A stretch of 64,000 bases of DNA from an uncultured delta proteobacterium. GTDB taxonomy: Bacteria > Desulfobacterota > Syntrophorhabdia > Syntrophorhabdales > WCHB1-27. Below, in pieces: positions 44,203 through 55,471 of this stretch. Positions within the stretch are counted from its first letter, which is position 1. Each line of letters begins with the position of its first letter. The stretch covers positions 288,001 through 352,000 of the forward strand of contig CAWEPK010000009.1 of the NCBI GenBank assembly GCA_963810935.1. The letters run 5' to 3'. The notes beneath the pieces were generated by a model that searched no databases, was not told the DNA's origin, and saw only the letters and a program-made list of their open reading frames with translations. The position numbers and the translations under genes were made by a program.

Positions 44203-45464
44203 CACGCAACCTCCCTCGGGTGGACTATCTCGCCCTTGACCGCGCTCGCCGCAGCCACCGCCGGTCCCGCGAGGTAGACCTCGCTTTCGGGGTGGCCCAT
44301 CCGTCCGACGAAGTTCCTGTTGGTCGTCGATACCGCCCGCTCGCCCCGGGCCAACACGCCCATGTGGCCGCCCAGGCAGGGTCCGCACGTAGGGGGCGAT
44401 ATGATGCAGCCGGCCTCAAGGTAGATGTCGAAGTAGCCGCGGCTGAGGGCCTCGCGATAAATATCCGGAGTGGCCGGGATGACGATGCAGCGCACGCCTT
44501 TGGCCACCTTTTTGCCTTTCAGGATTTTGGCGGCGGTCTCCAGGTCTTCCAGCCTTCCGTTCGTGCACGAGCCTATGACCGCTTGGTTGATGGCAATATG
44601 CCCCGCGTCTTCCGCGCCCTTCACGTTGGACGGGAGGAACGGGAGGGCAACCTGCGGCCCTATCTTGCTCACGTCGATTTCTATGACATCGCGGTAGCGG
44701 GCGTCCGCATCCGCCTCGACGGGTCTCGGCTCTCTTTTTGCGCGGCCTGCCATATAATCCATTGCCTTCTTGTCCGCCCTGAATACGCCGTTCTTGGCGC
44801 CCGCCTCGATGACCATGTTCGCCACGGTCAGCCTCGAATCCATCGAGAGATCGCCTATTGCTTCTCCGTCGAATTCCATCGCCTCGTAGCGGGCCCCCTC
44901 GACGCCTATCAGGCCGATGATGTAAAGGATCAGGTCCTTCCCCGCGACCCACTTCTGCCATTTGCCGGTGCAGACGAACTTGACGCTCTCCGGCACCTTG
45001 AACCAGAGGGAGCCACGCACCATTGCGTAGGTGAGGTCCGAGCTGCCGACGCCCGTCGAGAAGGCGTTCAGCGCGCCGTACGTGCACGTGTGGCTGTCTG
45101 CGCCCACCACTACGTCCCCCGCACAGACGAGCCCCTGCTCGGGCAGAAGGGCGTGCTCGATGCCGCAGGCCCCGCCTTCGTAAAAGTGCTTTACGCCGTG
45201 CCTCTGCGAGAACTCCCGTATTGTCTTGCAGTTCTCCGCAGAGAGGATGTCCTTGTTCGGCGTAAAATGGTCCATCACGAAGACGACCCGCTCGGGGTCG
45301 AAGACGGAGCTTGCCCCTGTCTTGTCGAATTCCTCCAGCGAGAGAGGCCCCGTGATATCGTTCGCCAGGGCGAGGTCCACCTTTGCCTCGACTATCTCCC
45401 CCGCCTCCACTGCGGTTTTGCCCGCGTGGGCCGCCAGTATTTTCTCACTAATCGTCATCCCCAT
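44202..45464 (-). CDS. leuC: 3-isopropylmalate dehydratase large subunit
   Basis: ADSHTCT, IGSCTNGR, TCGPCLG, TNRNFVGRMG. Confidence 0.94.
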   Translation of the reverse strand: MGMTISEKILAAHAGKTAVEAGEIVEAKVDLALANDITGPLSLEEFDKTGASSVFDPERVVFVMDHFTPNKDILSAENCKTIREFSQRHGVKHFYEGGACGIEHALLPEQGLVCAGDVVVGADSHTCTYGALNAFSTGVGSSDLTYAMVRGSLWFKVPESVKFVCTGKWQKWVAGKDLILYIIGLIGVEGARYEAMEFDGEAIGDLSMDSRLTVANMVIEAGAKNGVFRADKKAMDYMAGRAKREPRPVEADADARYRDVIEIDVSKIGPQVALPFLPSNVKGAEDAGHIAINQAVIGSCTNGRLEDLETAAKILKGKKVAKGVRCIVIPATPDIYREALSRGYFDIYLEAGCIISPPTCGPCLGGHMGVLARGERAVSTTNRNFVGRMGHPESEVYLAGPAVAAASAVKGEIVHPREVA

Positions 45465-45466
45465 CT

Positions 45467-46996
45467 TTAAAACCCCTTCGCCTTTCTCTTTTTTACGAAC
45501 TCAAGCTTGTTGAGCGCGTTGATGTATGCCTTCCCGGAGGCGACTATGACGTCCGTGTCGGCACCCTTACCTATGACGGTCGATCCTTTCTCCTCTAGCT
45601 TTACGAAGACCTCGCCCTGCGCGTCGGTGCCGCCGGTGATGGCGTTGACGTAAAACCTCACGAGCTTGGCGTTCGTCTTGATGATCTTCTTTATCGCCTT
45701 CAGCGTGGCGTCGACCGGCCCGTCCCCGAAGCCGGCCTCCTGGAGCATCTGCCCTTCGCTCTCGATCTTCACCGTCGCCGTCGGGATGGCCATGTTGCCG
45801 CAGACGACGCTCAGGTAAGCCAGCCTGTATTTCTCGGGGACACGGACAATCTCGTCCATAATGATCATCTCGACGTCCTCGTCGTAGACGTCTTTTTTCA
45901 TATCCGCCAGGACCTTGAACCTCTTGAAGGCAAGGTTCAGCTCTTTATCGTTCAGTGAATATCCCAGGTCCTCTATCCTGTCCCGGAAGGCGTGCCTGCC
46001 CGAATGCTTGCCCAGGATCAGCGAGCTTTTCTGTATGCCGACCGACTGGGGCGTCATTATCTCGTAGGTCAGCCTATCCTTGAGCAGACCGTCCTGGTGG
46101 ATGCCCGACTCATGGGCAAAGGCGTTGGCGCCCACGATCGCCTTGTTGGGTTGCACCGGCGCGCCCGTCACCGACGTGATGAGCCTGCTCGTCGGGTAGA
46201 TCTTCTCGCTCACGACACGCGTGTCGAGGGAAAAGAGGTCTTTGCGCGTCCTCAGGATCATGACGATTTCTTCCAGGGCCGCGTTGCCGGAGCGCTCGCC
46301 GATGCCGTTGATCGTGCACTCCACCTGCCTCGCGCCCGCGCCGACGCCCGCAATCGAGTTAGCCACGGCAAGCCCCAGGTCGTTGTGGCAGTGCGTGCTG
46401 ACTATGGCCCGCGATATGTTCGGCACGTGCTCTATCACGTAGCGGATCATGGCCGCAAACTCGTCCGGGACCGCGTAGCCGACCGTATCCGGGATGTTTA
46501 CCGTAGTGGCCCCTGCGTCGATCGCAACGGCCAGCACGTTGCAGAGGTAATCGAGGTCGGTCCTCGTCGCGTCCATCGCCGAGAACTCCACGTTGTCTGT
46601 ATACTTCTTCGCCCTTTTAACCGAACCCTCGACGATCTTGACCACCTCGTCCCTGGTCTTTTTGATCTGGTACTTCAAGTGGATGTCGGAGGTGGAGATG
46701 AACGTGTGTATCCTCGGGTTCGCAGCGTGCTTGACTGCCTCCCAGGCCCGGTCTATGTCGTCGTGGTTAGCCCTGGCAAGTCCCGCTATCTGGCTGTTTC
46801 TCACGGCCTCGGAGATCTGCCTGACCGATTCGAAGTCCCCGTCCGACGCGATAGGGAAACCGGCCTCTATGATATCGACGCCGAGGGCCTCAAGCTGCTT
46901 CGCGACGCGCAGCTTCTCCTGCGCGTTCATCGTGTTGCCCGGCGACTGCTCGCCGTCCCTCAGGGTAGTGTCGAAAATATATACGTGGTTTGTCAT
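45467..46996 (-). CDS. leuA: 2-isopropylmalate synthase
   Basis: [25 protein letters not shown], regulatory domain GPVDA. Confidence 0.95.
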   Translation of the reverse strand: MTNHVYIFDTTLRDGEQSPGNTMNAQEKLRVAKQLEALGVDIIEAGFPIASDGDFESVRQISEAVRNSQIAGLARANHDDIDRAWEAVKHAANPRIHTFISTSDIHLKYQIKKTRDEVVKIVEGSVKRAKKYTDNVEFSAMDATRTDLDYLCNVLAVAIDAGATTVNIPDTVGYAVPDEFAAMIRYVIEHVPNISRAIVSTHCHNDLGLAVANSIAGVGAGARQVECTINGIGERSGNAALEEIVMILRTRKDLFSLDTRVVSEKIYPTSRLITSVTGAPVQPNKAIVGANAFAHESGIHQDGLLKDRLTYEIMTPQSVGIQKSSLILGKHSGRHAFRDRIEDLGYSLNDKELNLAFKRFKVLADMKKDVYDEDVEMIIMDEIVRVPEKYRLAYLSVVCGNMAIPTATVKIESEGQMLQEAGFGDGPVDATLKAIKKIIKTNAKLVRFYVNAITGGTDAQGEVFVKLEEKGSTVIGKGADTDVIVASGKAYINALNKLEFVKKRKAKGF

Positions 46997-48036
46997 TTGC
47001 TCCTCACCTTCTCGCAAACCAGCTCAAGCAGGGCCTCCGGCCGGTCGAACTCTGCTTCTATGGAGAGGTAAAAAATATTGCCGACTGTCTCCATGCCCTC
47101 GATCCTGACCGCGTCCTTCTCGGTAGTTACCGCCATTTCCACATTTTGAAACGACTCTATGTGCCTAAGGTCGGCCGGGCGGTACCGATGGTGGTCGGGG
47201 AATTCAAGCGTCTCAACCACGTCCGCGCCGATATCGCGAAGCAATTCGAAAAACGAGCTATTGTCGCCCAGCCCGGAAAATGCGAGCACTTTTTTGCCCC
47301 GCACAGACCGGTAATCGGCCATCGCGCGGTCGCTCAAACGGCACAAATGCTGCGGCCGGTACCGGACGTGAAAGACCGGCAAGTCCGCTATAAGGCCCTT
47401 CACGCGGCCGTCCGGCTCGCCCTTGTTGACCAATATTATATCGGCTTTTTCCGCCATTTCAAGCGGTTCCCGCAAGACGCCCAGGGGAAAAAGGCGCAAC
47501 GAAGCAGCAGGCGCGCTTCCGTCGAGCACGAGCATCTGCACGTCTTTGCGTACGTTCCTCACCTGCGCCCCGTCGTCGAATATCACCAGATCGATGCCGA
47601 AATCAGCGACCCCTTTTTTTATCCCTTCCATCCTGTCTTTGCCTACAACCACGGGAAGACCCGTCCTCCTCGCCAGCATCACCGCCTCGTCGCCTGCATC
47701 GCGCGCCCCGTCCTCACGCGCATCGACTGCAAAAGTGCCTTTCCTGCCTTTGCCGTACCCGAGCATCACGATCCCCGGCTGGAAGCCTTTCGCCTTCAGC
47801 TCCCTCGCAAGCCGCTCCGTGACGGGCGTCTTGCCCGTCCCGCCCAGCGACAGGTTGCCCACGCTTACGACAGGGACGGGGGAACTCTCGGCCCTCGCGA
47901 TCCCAGTTGCGTAGCAAAGCTCCCTGAGAGCGAGGCCCGCCCTGTAAAGCCCGGAGAGCGCAAAAAGAGGCAGGAAAAGGATGCCCCTCGCAATGGGCGC
48001 TTTTCCTTTCCAGACGCGGACGATAAACTTTCGCAT
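46993..48036 (-). CDS. lpxK: Tetraacyldisaccharide 4'-kinase
   Basis: VSVGNLSLGGTGKTP, GDEA, GVLREP, FPDHH, TTEKDAV. Confidence 0.92.
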   Translation of the reverse strand: MRKFIVRVWKGKAPIARGILFLPLFALSGLYRAGLALRELCYATGIARAESSPVPVVSVGNLSLGGTGKTPVTERLARELKAKGFQPGIVMLGYGKGRKGTFAVDAREDGARDAGDEAVMLARRTGLPVVVGKDRMEGIKKGVADFGIDLVIFDDGAQVRNVRKDVQMLVLDGSAPAASLRLFPLGVLREPLEMAEKADIILVNKGEPDGRVKGLIADLPVFHVRYRPQHLCRLSDRAMADYRSVRGKKVLAFSGLGDNSSFFELLRDIGADVVETLEFPDHHRYRPADLRHIESFQNVEMAVTTEKDAVRIEGMETVGNIFYLSIEAEFDRPEALLELVCEKVRSK

Positions 48037-48281
48037 TAACATAGCAATCTATCCCAACAACGTATCAAAGTCAAAGCGGCTATTATTGGGGTTCAGCACC
48101 CCCTCGCCGGGCAAAGCCCGGCGAGCCTCCCCGCTCGGCGCGGCGCATTCGCTTGCTTTATTACTGCCGGCGCTCGGCGCTCGCTCTGGCAGTAGTCGGG
48201 TTCAACGCCACCTACACCGGCATCAGCCGCATGCTGCGACGCGGCACGTCGCTCTCGCCAGTTCCCAACCGGGAGGGTACG

Positions 48282-48310
48282 AAAAAAGGCGCCCGGAACG
48301 GGCGCCTTTT
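48282..48310. terminator. Bidirectional-type intrinsic terminator after iscU
   Basis: AAAAAAGGCGCCCG-GAA-CGGGCGCCTTTT. Confidence 0.8.
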
Positions 48311-48331
48311 GTTTGATCTGCCGCAGCGGAT

Positions 48332-48718
48332 CTATGCGCCCTGTTGCTTCTTTTTGTAGTCCTCTAGCGCCGCCCGCAGCGCGTCCTCGGCAAGGACCGA
48401 GCAGTGCTCCTTCGCCGGAGGAAGCCCGCCAAGCGCCTCGGCGACCGCCTTGTTCGATATCTCAAGGGCCTCGTCAATCGACTTGCCCTTTATCATCTCC
48501 GTCGTCATACTGGAAGACGCAATCGCCGCGCCGCACCCGAACGTCTTGAATTTGGCGTCTACGATCTTACCGTCTTCTATCTTGAGATAGAGCCGCATGA
48601 CGTCGCCGCAGGCGGGGTTCCCCACCTCGCCCACCCCAGACGCGTCCTCTATCTCTCCCATGTTCCTCGGGTGCATGAAGTGATCCATGACCTTGTCGCT
48701 GTAAGGTCCCTGTGCCAT
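48332..48718 (-). CDS. iscU: Fe-S cluster scaffold IscU/NifU-N
   Basis: GNPACGD, FKTFGCGAAIASSS, LPPAKEHCS. Confidence 0.94.
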   Translation of the reverse strand: MAQGPYSDKVMDHFMHPRNMGEIEDASGVGEVGNPACGDVMRLYLKIEDGKIVDAKFKTFGCGAAIASSSMTTEMIKGKSIDEALEISNKAVAEALGGLPPAKEHCSVLAEDALRAALEDYKKKQQGA

Positions 48719-49917
48719 TACTTACCTCCTAGCGCTTTTTGATAAAGGGGAGACATCTCTCTCAATTTTTGTACTATGCCCGGCAGGACGGAGAGCGTGA
48801 AATCGACCTCGCTTTCCGTGTTCTCTCTGCCTAAGCTGAAGGCGATGGAGCCGTGGCAAATCTCCGGCGGCACGCCCACCGCAGTCAGCACGTGCGACGC
48901 CTTGAGACCGGTCTCGTCCGCCGCCAGCACGTTCGAGGCGCAGGCGCTGCCGCTCGCCGAGGCAATGCCGTTCAGGTTGAGCCACATAAGCAGCGATTCG
49001 CCCTCTACGAACTCTATCCAGAAGCTGACGTGGCCGGGGAGCCTCTTGACCGGGTGGCCGGTGAAGTGCAGGTAATCGATCTCTTTCTCTATCCCCTTCC
49101 ACAGCTTCCGGCCAATCGCCGTGAGCCTCTCCACTTTTTCAGACATCTCGGAGGCCGCTATGCTGCTTGCCTCGCCGAAACCGACGATGGCAGGCACGTT
49201 CTCTGTGCCCGCCCTGTAGCCCATCTCCTGGAAACCGCCCTGTATTACCGGACGCAGGGGCACCCCCTTGCGCAGGTAAAGGGCTGCCGCGCCCTTAGGG
49301 CCGTTGAACTGGTGGGCGGAGACGGTCATCGAATCGACGAGGAGATCACGGACGTCGACCGGCATCTGGCCGCACGTGCCCGCCCCGTCCGAGTGAAAAA
49401 GGATATCGCGCTCTTTAAGAAAAAGTGCGATCTCCCGGACGGGCTCTATGGTCCCTATCTCCAGGTTGGCATGCATGATCGACACCAGTACGGTGCCGGG
49501 CACGGCTTTTTTCTTCAGGTCTTCGAGATCGACCACGCCGTAATCATCGACTTTCACGTAGTCCACGTCGAAGCCGAGGGCTTTCAGGAAATCGGCCTGG
49601 TGCATGATCGAATAGTGCTCGATATCGGAAAAGAGGATTTTGTTGCCCTTCTTCCTGTTCGCAAGGGCAAGCCCCTTTACGGCGAGGTTGTTCGACTCCG
49701 TCGCCGACCCGGTGAAAATGATCTCATCGGGCGCGGCGCCAACAAGGGCCGCCACCTTCGCTCTCGCTTCCGCGAGGGCCTTCTGCGGCTCGCCCCCTTC
49801 CTCCAGGAGCACGGACGAGGGGTTCCCGAAATGCTCCGTGAAATAAGGGCGCATCGCCTCCATGACTCTTGGGTCGACGGGCGTCGTCGCTGCATGATCG
49901 AAATAGATTCTATCCAT
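48718..49917 (-). CDS. iscS: IscS/NifS-family cysteine desulfurase homolog (PLP lysine replaced by Gln)
   Basis: DHAATTP, FGNPSS, SATESNN, AGTENV, SGSAC; SAHQFNGPKG where SAHK is expected. Confidence 0.88.
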   Translation of the reverse strand: MDRIYFDHAATTPVDPRVMEAMRPYFTEHFGNPSSVLLEEGGEPQKALAEARAKVAALVGAAPDEIIFTGSATESNNLAVKGLALANRKKGNKILFSDIEHYSIMHQADFLKALGFDVDYVKVDDYGVVDLEDLKKKAVPGTVLVSIMHANLEIGTIEPVREIALFLKERDILFHSDGAGTCGQMPVDVRDLLVDSMTVSAHQFNGPKGAAALYLRKGVPLRPVIQGGFQEMGYRAGTENVPAIVGFGEASSIAASEMSEKVERLTAIGRKLWKGIEKEIDYLHFTGHPVKRLPGHVSFWIEFVEGESLLMWLNLNGIASASGSACASNVLAADETGLKASHVLTAVGVPPEICHGSIAFSLGRENTESEVDFTLSVLPGIVQKLREMSPLYQKALGGK

Positions 49918-50235
49918 TGTTCAAATATAATACCATATCATGCGGCAATGCACGGTAAATTTGTTCCGCGCCGCAACTCACGCGTACCCTCTATCTTTTG
50001 TATACAAGATCGTAGCGTGCAAAAACAGCCTGTTTCTCTCCGCTTTGAGGCGCACGCGCGTCCCGACTTTCCGTTTTTGCCTGTTTTCCTTGACCTTTTC
50101 GGTCAAAATCGCTTAGAATATATCAGCTATACATGCCTGAGAAAACCGGGGGCTAAGCGAACCGGTGACACCGTGTTATCCTTCCGGGGCGTTCTTCGGC
50201 AACCGAGATAGCAATTGATATAGAAGGAGGAGTCA

Positions 50236-51384
50236 ATGGAGAAGAGATACCTGCTGGCGCCCGGCCCTACCGCCATCCCCCCCGAGATACTCTTGAAGAT
50301 GGCCGAGCCGATTCTCCATCACCGCAACCCGATGTTCGAGGCGGTCATGGAAGAGGTGAGGGCAAACCTGAAGTACGTTTTCGGCACGAAGAACGAGGTA
50401 CTCATCTTCGCCTCGTCCGGCACCGGTGCCATGGAAAGCGCCGTAACCAACGCCCTTTCCGCAGGCGACAGGGCGATCTGTATAAGAAGCGGTAAGTTCG
50501 GAGAGAGATGGGCCAACATATGCAAGGCCTATGGGGTAGAGTCGATCAATATAGACCTTCCCTGGGGCGATGCGCTCGACCCTGCGCTCGTCGAGAAGAC
50601 CCTGAAGGCGAACCCCGGCGTGAAGGCGGTTTACATGCAGGCGACGGAGACCTCCACGGGTGTCAAATTCCCCGTGAAAGAGGTCGCGGCAATCGTAAAG
50701 AATTATCCTGACACGCTCATGGTCGTAGACGGCATCACGGGCATAGGCGTCTTCGAGCTGCCCGCGGACGCCTGGAATATCGACGTGCTCGTCGGCGGCT
50801 CGCAGAAGGCGATGATGCTGCCCCCGGGGCTGGCCTTCGCCGCAGTCAGCGACAAGGCATGGGAGTTCAACAAGGCATCGAAGCTGCCCAAGTTCTACTT
50901 CAACTGGGCGAAAGAGCGCACGAACCTCGAGAAGAACCAGACGAACTTCACGCCAGCCATCTCGCTGATCGGCGGCCTGATGCAGTCGCTGCGCATGATA
51001 AAAGAGGAAGGTCTGGAGAACGTCTACAAAAGGATCGACAAGCTGGCGACCGCAACGCGCGTAGGCGCGAACGCCCTCGGCCTTAAGGTCTTCGCGAAAT
51101 CGCCCAGCCCGGCAGTGACTGCGATAGTCGCGCCCGAAGGCATCGACGGGCAGGCCATTTACAAGACCCTGTGGAAGAAGTATGGGGTCACGGGCGCGGG
51201 CGGCCAGGACCAGCTCAAAGGGAAGATCTTCAGGATCGCCACGCTGGGATACGCCGACAAGTACGACGTAATCACCGCGATCGCCGCCCTCGAATTCACG
51301 CTGCGCGACCTCGGATACAAGTTCGAGATGGGCAAAGGCGTGGCGGCCGCGACCGACTCCCTGAAAGACGAGGAGACCCCATGA
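50236..51384 (+). CDS. Class V PLP aminotransferase (alanine-glyoxylate/phosphoserine aminotransferase-like)
   Basis: [30 protein letters not shown]; coupled to serA. Confidence 0.88.
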   Translation: MEKRYLLAPGPTAIPPEILLKMAEPILHHRNPMFEAVMEEVRANLKYVFGTKNEVLIFASSGTGAMESAVTNALSAGDRAICIRSGKFGERWANICKAYGVESINIDLPWGDALDPALVEKTLKANPGVKAVYMQATETSTGVKFPVKEVAAIVKNYPDTLMVVDGITGIGVFELPADAWNIDVLVGGSQKAMMLPPGLAFAAVSDKAWEFNKASKLPKFYFNWAKERTNLEKNQTNFTPAISLIGGLMQSLRMIKEEGLENVYKRIDKLATATRVGANALGLKVFAKSPSPAVTAIVAPEGIDGQAIYKTLWKKYGVTGAGGQDQLKGKIFRIATLGYADKYDVITAIAALEFTLRDLGYKFEMGKGVAAATDSLKDEETP

Positions 51385-52961
51385 AGATACTGATCGCAGA
51401 CGCGATGTCCGATAAGGCGGTCGATATACTCAAGTCCAACAAGCTGGACGTCGACGTGAAGACCGACCTGAAGAAGGAAGAGCTCCAGGCCATTATCGGA
51501 GAATACGACGCCCTCATAGTGCGGAGTGCGACCAAGGTCACGAAGGATATCATAGAAAAAGCCGACAAGCTGAAGGTGATCGGCAGGGCGGGCATCGGCG
51601 TGGACAACGTCGATGTCGAGGCGGCGACGGAGAAGGGGATCGTTGTCATGAACACCCCTCAGGGCAACGCCCTGGCTGCGGCGGAGCATGCCGTGGCCCT
51701 CATGTTCGCCCTCGCCAGAAAGGTGGCGCTCGCCGACCGCACGATGAAGGAAGGCAAGTGGGAGAAAAAGCTGCTTATGGGCGTCGAGGTCTACGACAAG
51801 ACGCTGGGCGTCATCGGCATAGGGAACATAGGGATGATCGTCGCCGAGAAGGGAGTCGCCCTCGGCATGAAGGTGCTGGCTTATGACCTTTATGTGACGA
51901 AGGAAGTGGCTGTTCAGAAGGGCATAGAGCTGGTCGACCTGGACACGCTCCTTTCGAAGAGCGATTTTATTTCCGTCCACGTGCCCATGATTAAGGAGAC
52001 GAAGAACCTTATTAACAAGGACAACCTGGGCAAGACCAAGAAGAGCGTCTTCATCGTCAACACGGCACGCGGCGGCATCGTGAACGAGAAAGACCTGTTC
52101 CAGGCCCTCGAGGATGGTCAGGTCGCGGGCGCTGCACTGGACGTCTTCGAGCAGGAGCCGCCGCCGAAGGACCATCCTCTCGTCCTGTCCGAGAAGGTAG
52201 TCGCAACGCCCCACCTCGGCGCATCGACGAAGGAGGCCCAGAGCAAGGTTGCCATCGACATAGCAAACCAGATCGTCGACTACGCCCTGAACGGCGTGAT
52301 AAAGAACAGCGTGAACGCGCCGGGCGTCTCCAGGGAGGTGCTCGCGCAGATCTCGCCGTACCTAGCCCTGTCCGAGAAGCTAGCGCGGTTCGTCTCGCTT
52401 ATCACCGAGCCGCCCATCAAACAGGTGGTGATAGAGTACGCGGGCGCCATTGCCGAGGTGGAGACGAAAATACTGACCCAGGGCATCGTCAAGAACATCC
52501 TGTCTCCCCACGTGTCGGACGCCAACTACGTGAACGCCCGCCTGATGGCCCAGGCGCGCGGCATCAAGATCAAGGAGATCAAGGAGAAGGAGCACGAGGA
52601 CTTCACCACCCTGCTCGGCATAAGGCTTACGGGCAAGAACGGCGACACAACGGCGTACGGGACGCTCTTCGGCAAGAAAGAGCCGAGGCTCATCAAGGTG
52701 AACAAGATCGCCGTCGATTCCGAGCTGTCCGGGAACGTGCTCTATATCCTGGCTAACGACAAACCGGGCACGGTCGGCGGACTCGGCACGACGCTCGCCA
52801 AGAAAGGCATCAATATCGCAAGGATACATTTGGGCAGGGAACAGGAAGGCGGCCTGGTGCTCTGCATGATCGACGTCGACGGAGAGATCGATGACGGGCT
52901 GCTCAAAGAGATATCGAAAGTGCCGAACGTCATCGAAGTGAAAAGGATCGACCTCTCATAG
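51381..52961 (+). CDS. serA: D-3-phosphoglycerate dehydrogenase
   Basis: [33 protein letters not shown]-terminal ACT domain. Confidence 0.95.
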   Translation: MKILIADAMSDKAVDILKSNKLDVDVKTDLKKEELQAIIGEYDALIVRSATKVTKDIIEKADKLKVIGRAGIGVDNVDVEAATEKGIVVMNTPQGNALAAAEHAVALMFALARKVALADRTMKEGKWEKKLLMGVEVYDKTLGVIGIGNIGMIVAEKGVALGMKVLAYDLYVTKEVAVQKGIELVDLDTLLSKSDFISVHVPMIKETKNLINKDNLGKTKKSVFIVNTARGGIVNEKDLFQALEDGQVAGAALDVFEQEPPPKDHPLVLSEKVVATPHLGASTKEAQSKVAIDIANQIVDYALNGVIKNSVNAPGVSREVLAQISPYLALSEKLARFVSLITEPPIKQVVIEYAGAIAEVETKILTQGIVKNILSPHVSDANYVNARLMAQARGIKIKEIKEKEHEDFTTLLGIRLTGKNGDTTAYGTLFGKKEPRLIKVNKIAVDSELSGNVLYILANDKPGTVGGLGTTLAKKGINIARIHLGREQEGGLVLCMIDVDGEIDDGLLKEISKVPNVIEVKRIDLS

Positions 52962-54629
52962 GACGGACAGCCGATCTCGTTATCAAGGACGCCGTCCTCG
53001 TTGACCCTGTAAACGAGAAGGGCGTAAAGACCGATCTTTCCATCGACGATGGGAAGATCGCGTCTTTTTATGGAGGCGACGCGCGGGAGGTAATCGACGC
53101 GAAAGGCGCTTACGTCTCGTGCGGCTTCATCGAAAGCCACTTGCACGTCGAGGGCCTGCACCTCCTGCCCGACCGCTACTTCAAGGCATTCCTCGCCCAC
53201 GGCACAACAACGATCGTAACCGACCTCCACGAGACGGCCAACGCAGGCGGCATGGAAGGGCTTCACTGGTACCTCTCGATGGTGGAGCACCTTCCCCTCG
53301 ACATTTTCGTCATGGCCCCATCATGCGTGCCCTCCTGCCCCTGGGAATCGGGAGCAGGCGTCATAGGCCCGCGGGAGCTTAAGCGGCTTAAAGGGGCCAA
53401 GGGTGTCATAGGGCTCGGAGAGGTGATGGACGTTCCTGCCGTTTTGGGGCGGAGCAAGGCGATCATGAAAAAGATCGCGCTTTTCGCAGGATCGCCTGTG
53501 GACGGCCACGCCCCGGGCGTCTCCGGGGACGACCTCGACCGCTACCTGTCGGCAGGCATCTACTCCGACCACGAGACGACCCAGGCCGCTGAAGGCGAAG
53601 AGAAGCTGAAAGCAGGCATGCACCTGTTCCTCAGGGAAGGCTCTGTCAGCAGGGACCTTGCCAACCTGGCGGGCCTTATCAGGCCGGAGAATCTGTCGAG
53701 CCTCTCGCTGTGCACGGACGACCTGTCCGCCCGCGACCTGTTCGAGTCAGGCCACCTCGACCGCCTGGTGAGCCTGCTGGTTACACTCAAAATCCCCCTC
53801 TTCCGGGCGCTCCGCCTCGTCACTGCGAGCCCCGCCGCCTACTTCGGCCTCGTCGACCGGGCGCGCCTCGCCATAGGAAGGCGGGCGGACCTCGTGATCT
53901 TCGAAAGGCCGGAGCAGATGCGCGTGCTTGCAACGATCAAGGACGGGCGCGTTGTCTACCGGGAGGGAGATGACGTGAGCGCGGCAGGCGGCATGACTGC
54001 GCCCGCCCACCCCTCATCGAAGCTCAATCTGGCGCCTTTTCCAGGAAACGGGTTGCGCAGAAAGGCAGCGGCCCGGAAGATGCGCGCCATAGGTGTAAGG
54101 GAAGGCTCCATCGTGACGGACGACCTCGTAGTCGATACCCCTTGCGAGGACGGTTATCTTGTCTGCGACCATGAAAGGGACCTCGTCTTCGCGTATGTTT
54201 TCGACCGCTACAGGGCGCAAAGCGAGTACGGCTTCTGCCTCGTCCACGGGTTCGGCCTCAAGGGCGGCGCCATCGGCACAACGTATGCCCACGACAGCCA
54301 CAACCTTGTCATCGTGGGCGACAATCCCGGAGGACATCAGGAAGGTGTTCGGCCTTTTGAAGGCGTCCGGGGGAGGCATGGCTGCGTCCGGCAAAGGGTC
54401 GGCCGTCGTCTTCCCGATGCCCTATTTCGGCATCATATCCGACCTCGACGCCCCCTCATTACTTGCGCGCGAGCGTGAGCTTGACCGGCTCGCCAGGCAA
54501 ATGGGCATCGGGATGAAAAACCCCTTCTTCCAGATGTCATTCCTCTCGCTGCCCGTGATCCCCAACCTCCGCCTGACTACGAAGGGGCTCTTTCACATCG
54601 GGACTGCCAGCTACGCCACGGACGTCTGA
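52958..54629 (+). CDS. ade: Adenine deaminase; no canonical start codon; frameshift at ~54329
   Basis: GFIESHLHVE, GTTT, APSCVP, DGHAPG, REGS, CTDD, AHDSHN, SFLSLPVIP. Confidence 0.85.
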
Positions 54630-55303
54630 TGCTCCGGGCAGCGATCTTCGATTTCGACGGCACCCTGACCGAGCTGACCCTCGATTTCGGCCAAATGAGA
54701 CGGGAAGTCGAGGCCATAGCGGAGGGGTATGCCTCAGCAAGCGCGATCCGCGGCCTCGACGGTCTCTATACTCTTGAGATGATCGACGAGCTTAGCCGGC
54801 TGCTCGACCGCCAAGGGCCGCCTTTCAGGGCGGAGGCCCTTGGCGTGCTCTGCGAGATGGAAGTGAAGGCAGCCGTTGGCAAGGAGGTCTACTCGTACAC
54901 CAGGGACGTACTCACGGCCCTGCGGGCCGAAGGCCTTAAGGTAGGCGTGATTACCAGGAACTGCACCGGCGCGATTGAGACGGTCTTCCCGGACTTAAGG
55001 GCCTACGTCGATGCCGTCGCGACCAGGGACGACGTCCGGGAGGTAAAGCCCGACCCGGAACACGTAAGGGCAATGCTTCGCTCACTGGGCGTGGACGCAC
55101 CTGGCGCCCTGCTCGTAGGCGACCACCCGACCGACATGATGGCGGGCATCGCGGCGGGAGCGCACACGCTCGGCCTGCTTGCGGGCAGGACGTCCAGAGC
55201 GGACCTCGAACAGGCAGGCGCCGAATACGTGGCCGACGACATAAGGGCAGTCCCCGGCATAGTCCGGCGGCTTCGCCTTTCGCCCTCCCCTGAAATAAGA
55301 TAG
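54629..55303 (+). CDS. HAD-family phosphatase
   Basis: FDFDGTL, ITRN, KPDP, VGDHPTD. Confidence 0.9.
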   Translation: MLRAAIFDFDGTLTELTLDFGQMRREVEAIAEGYASASAIRGLDGLYTLEMIDELSRLLDRQGPPFRAEALGVLCEMEVKAAVGKEVYSYTRDVLTALRAEGLKVGVITRNCTGAIETVFPDLRAYVDAVATRDDVREVKPDPEHVRAMLRSLGVDAPGALLVGDHPTDMMAGIAAGAHTLGLLAGRTSRADLEQAGAEYVADDIRAVPGIVRRLRLSPSPEIR

Positions 55304-55397
55304 CCGGGCCGTCAGCAGCCGGGAATTTCTTTCCCTGATGCGGAATTATTTTCCGCCTCAGCACCTACATTTTGCCCGTTTTTCCTATTGAATCTCA

Positions 55398-55413
55398 TGG
55401 CCTGGGGTTTGCA
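55398..55413 (+). promoter_or_regulatory. Putative sigma-54 promoter
   Basis: TGGCCTGGGGTTTGCA (GG-N10-GC). Confidence 0.55.
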
Positions 55414-55471
55414 TTAGACAGCTCAAGGCCATCCATCACCAAAGGAGCGGACGGCCCGAAAGGAGGTCCAC

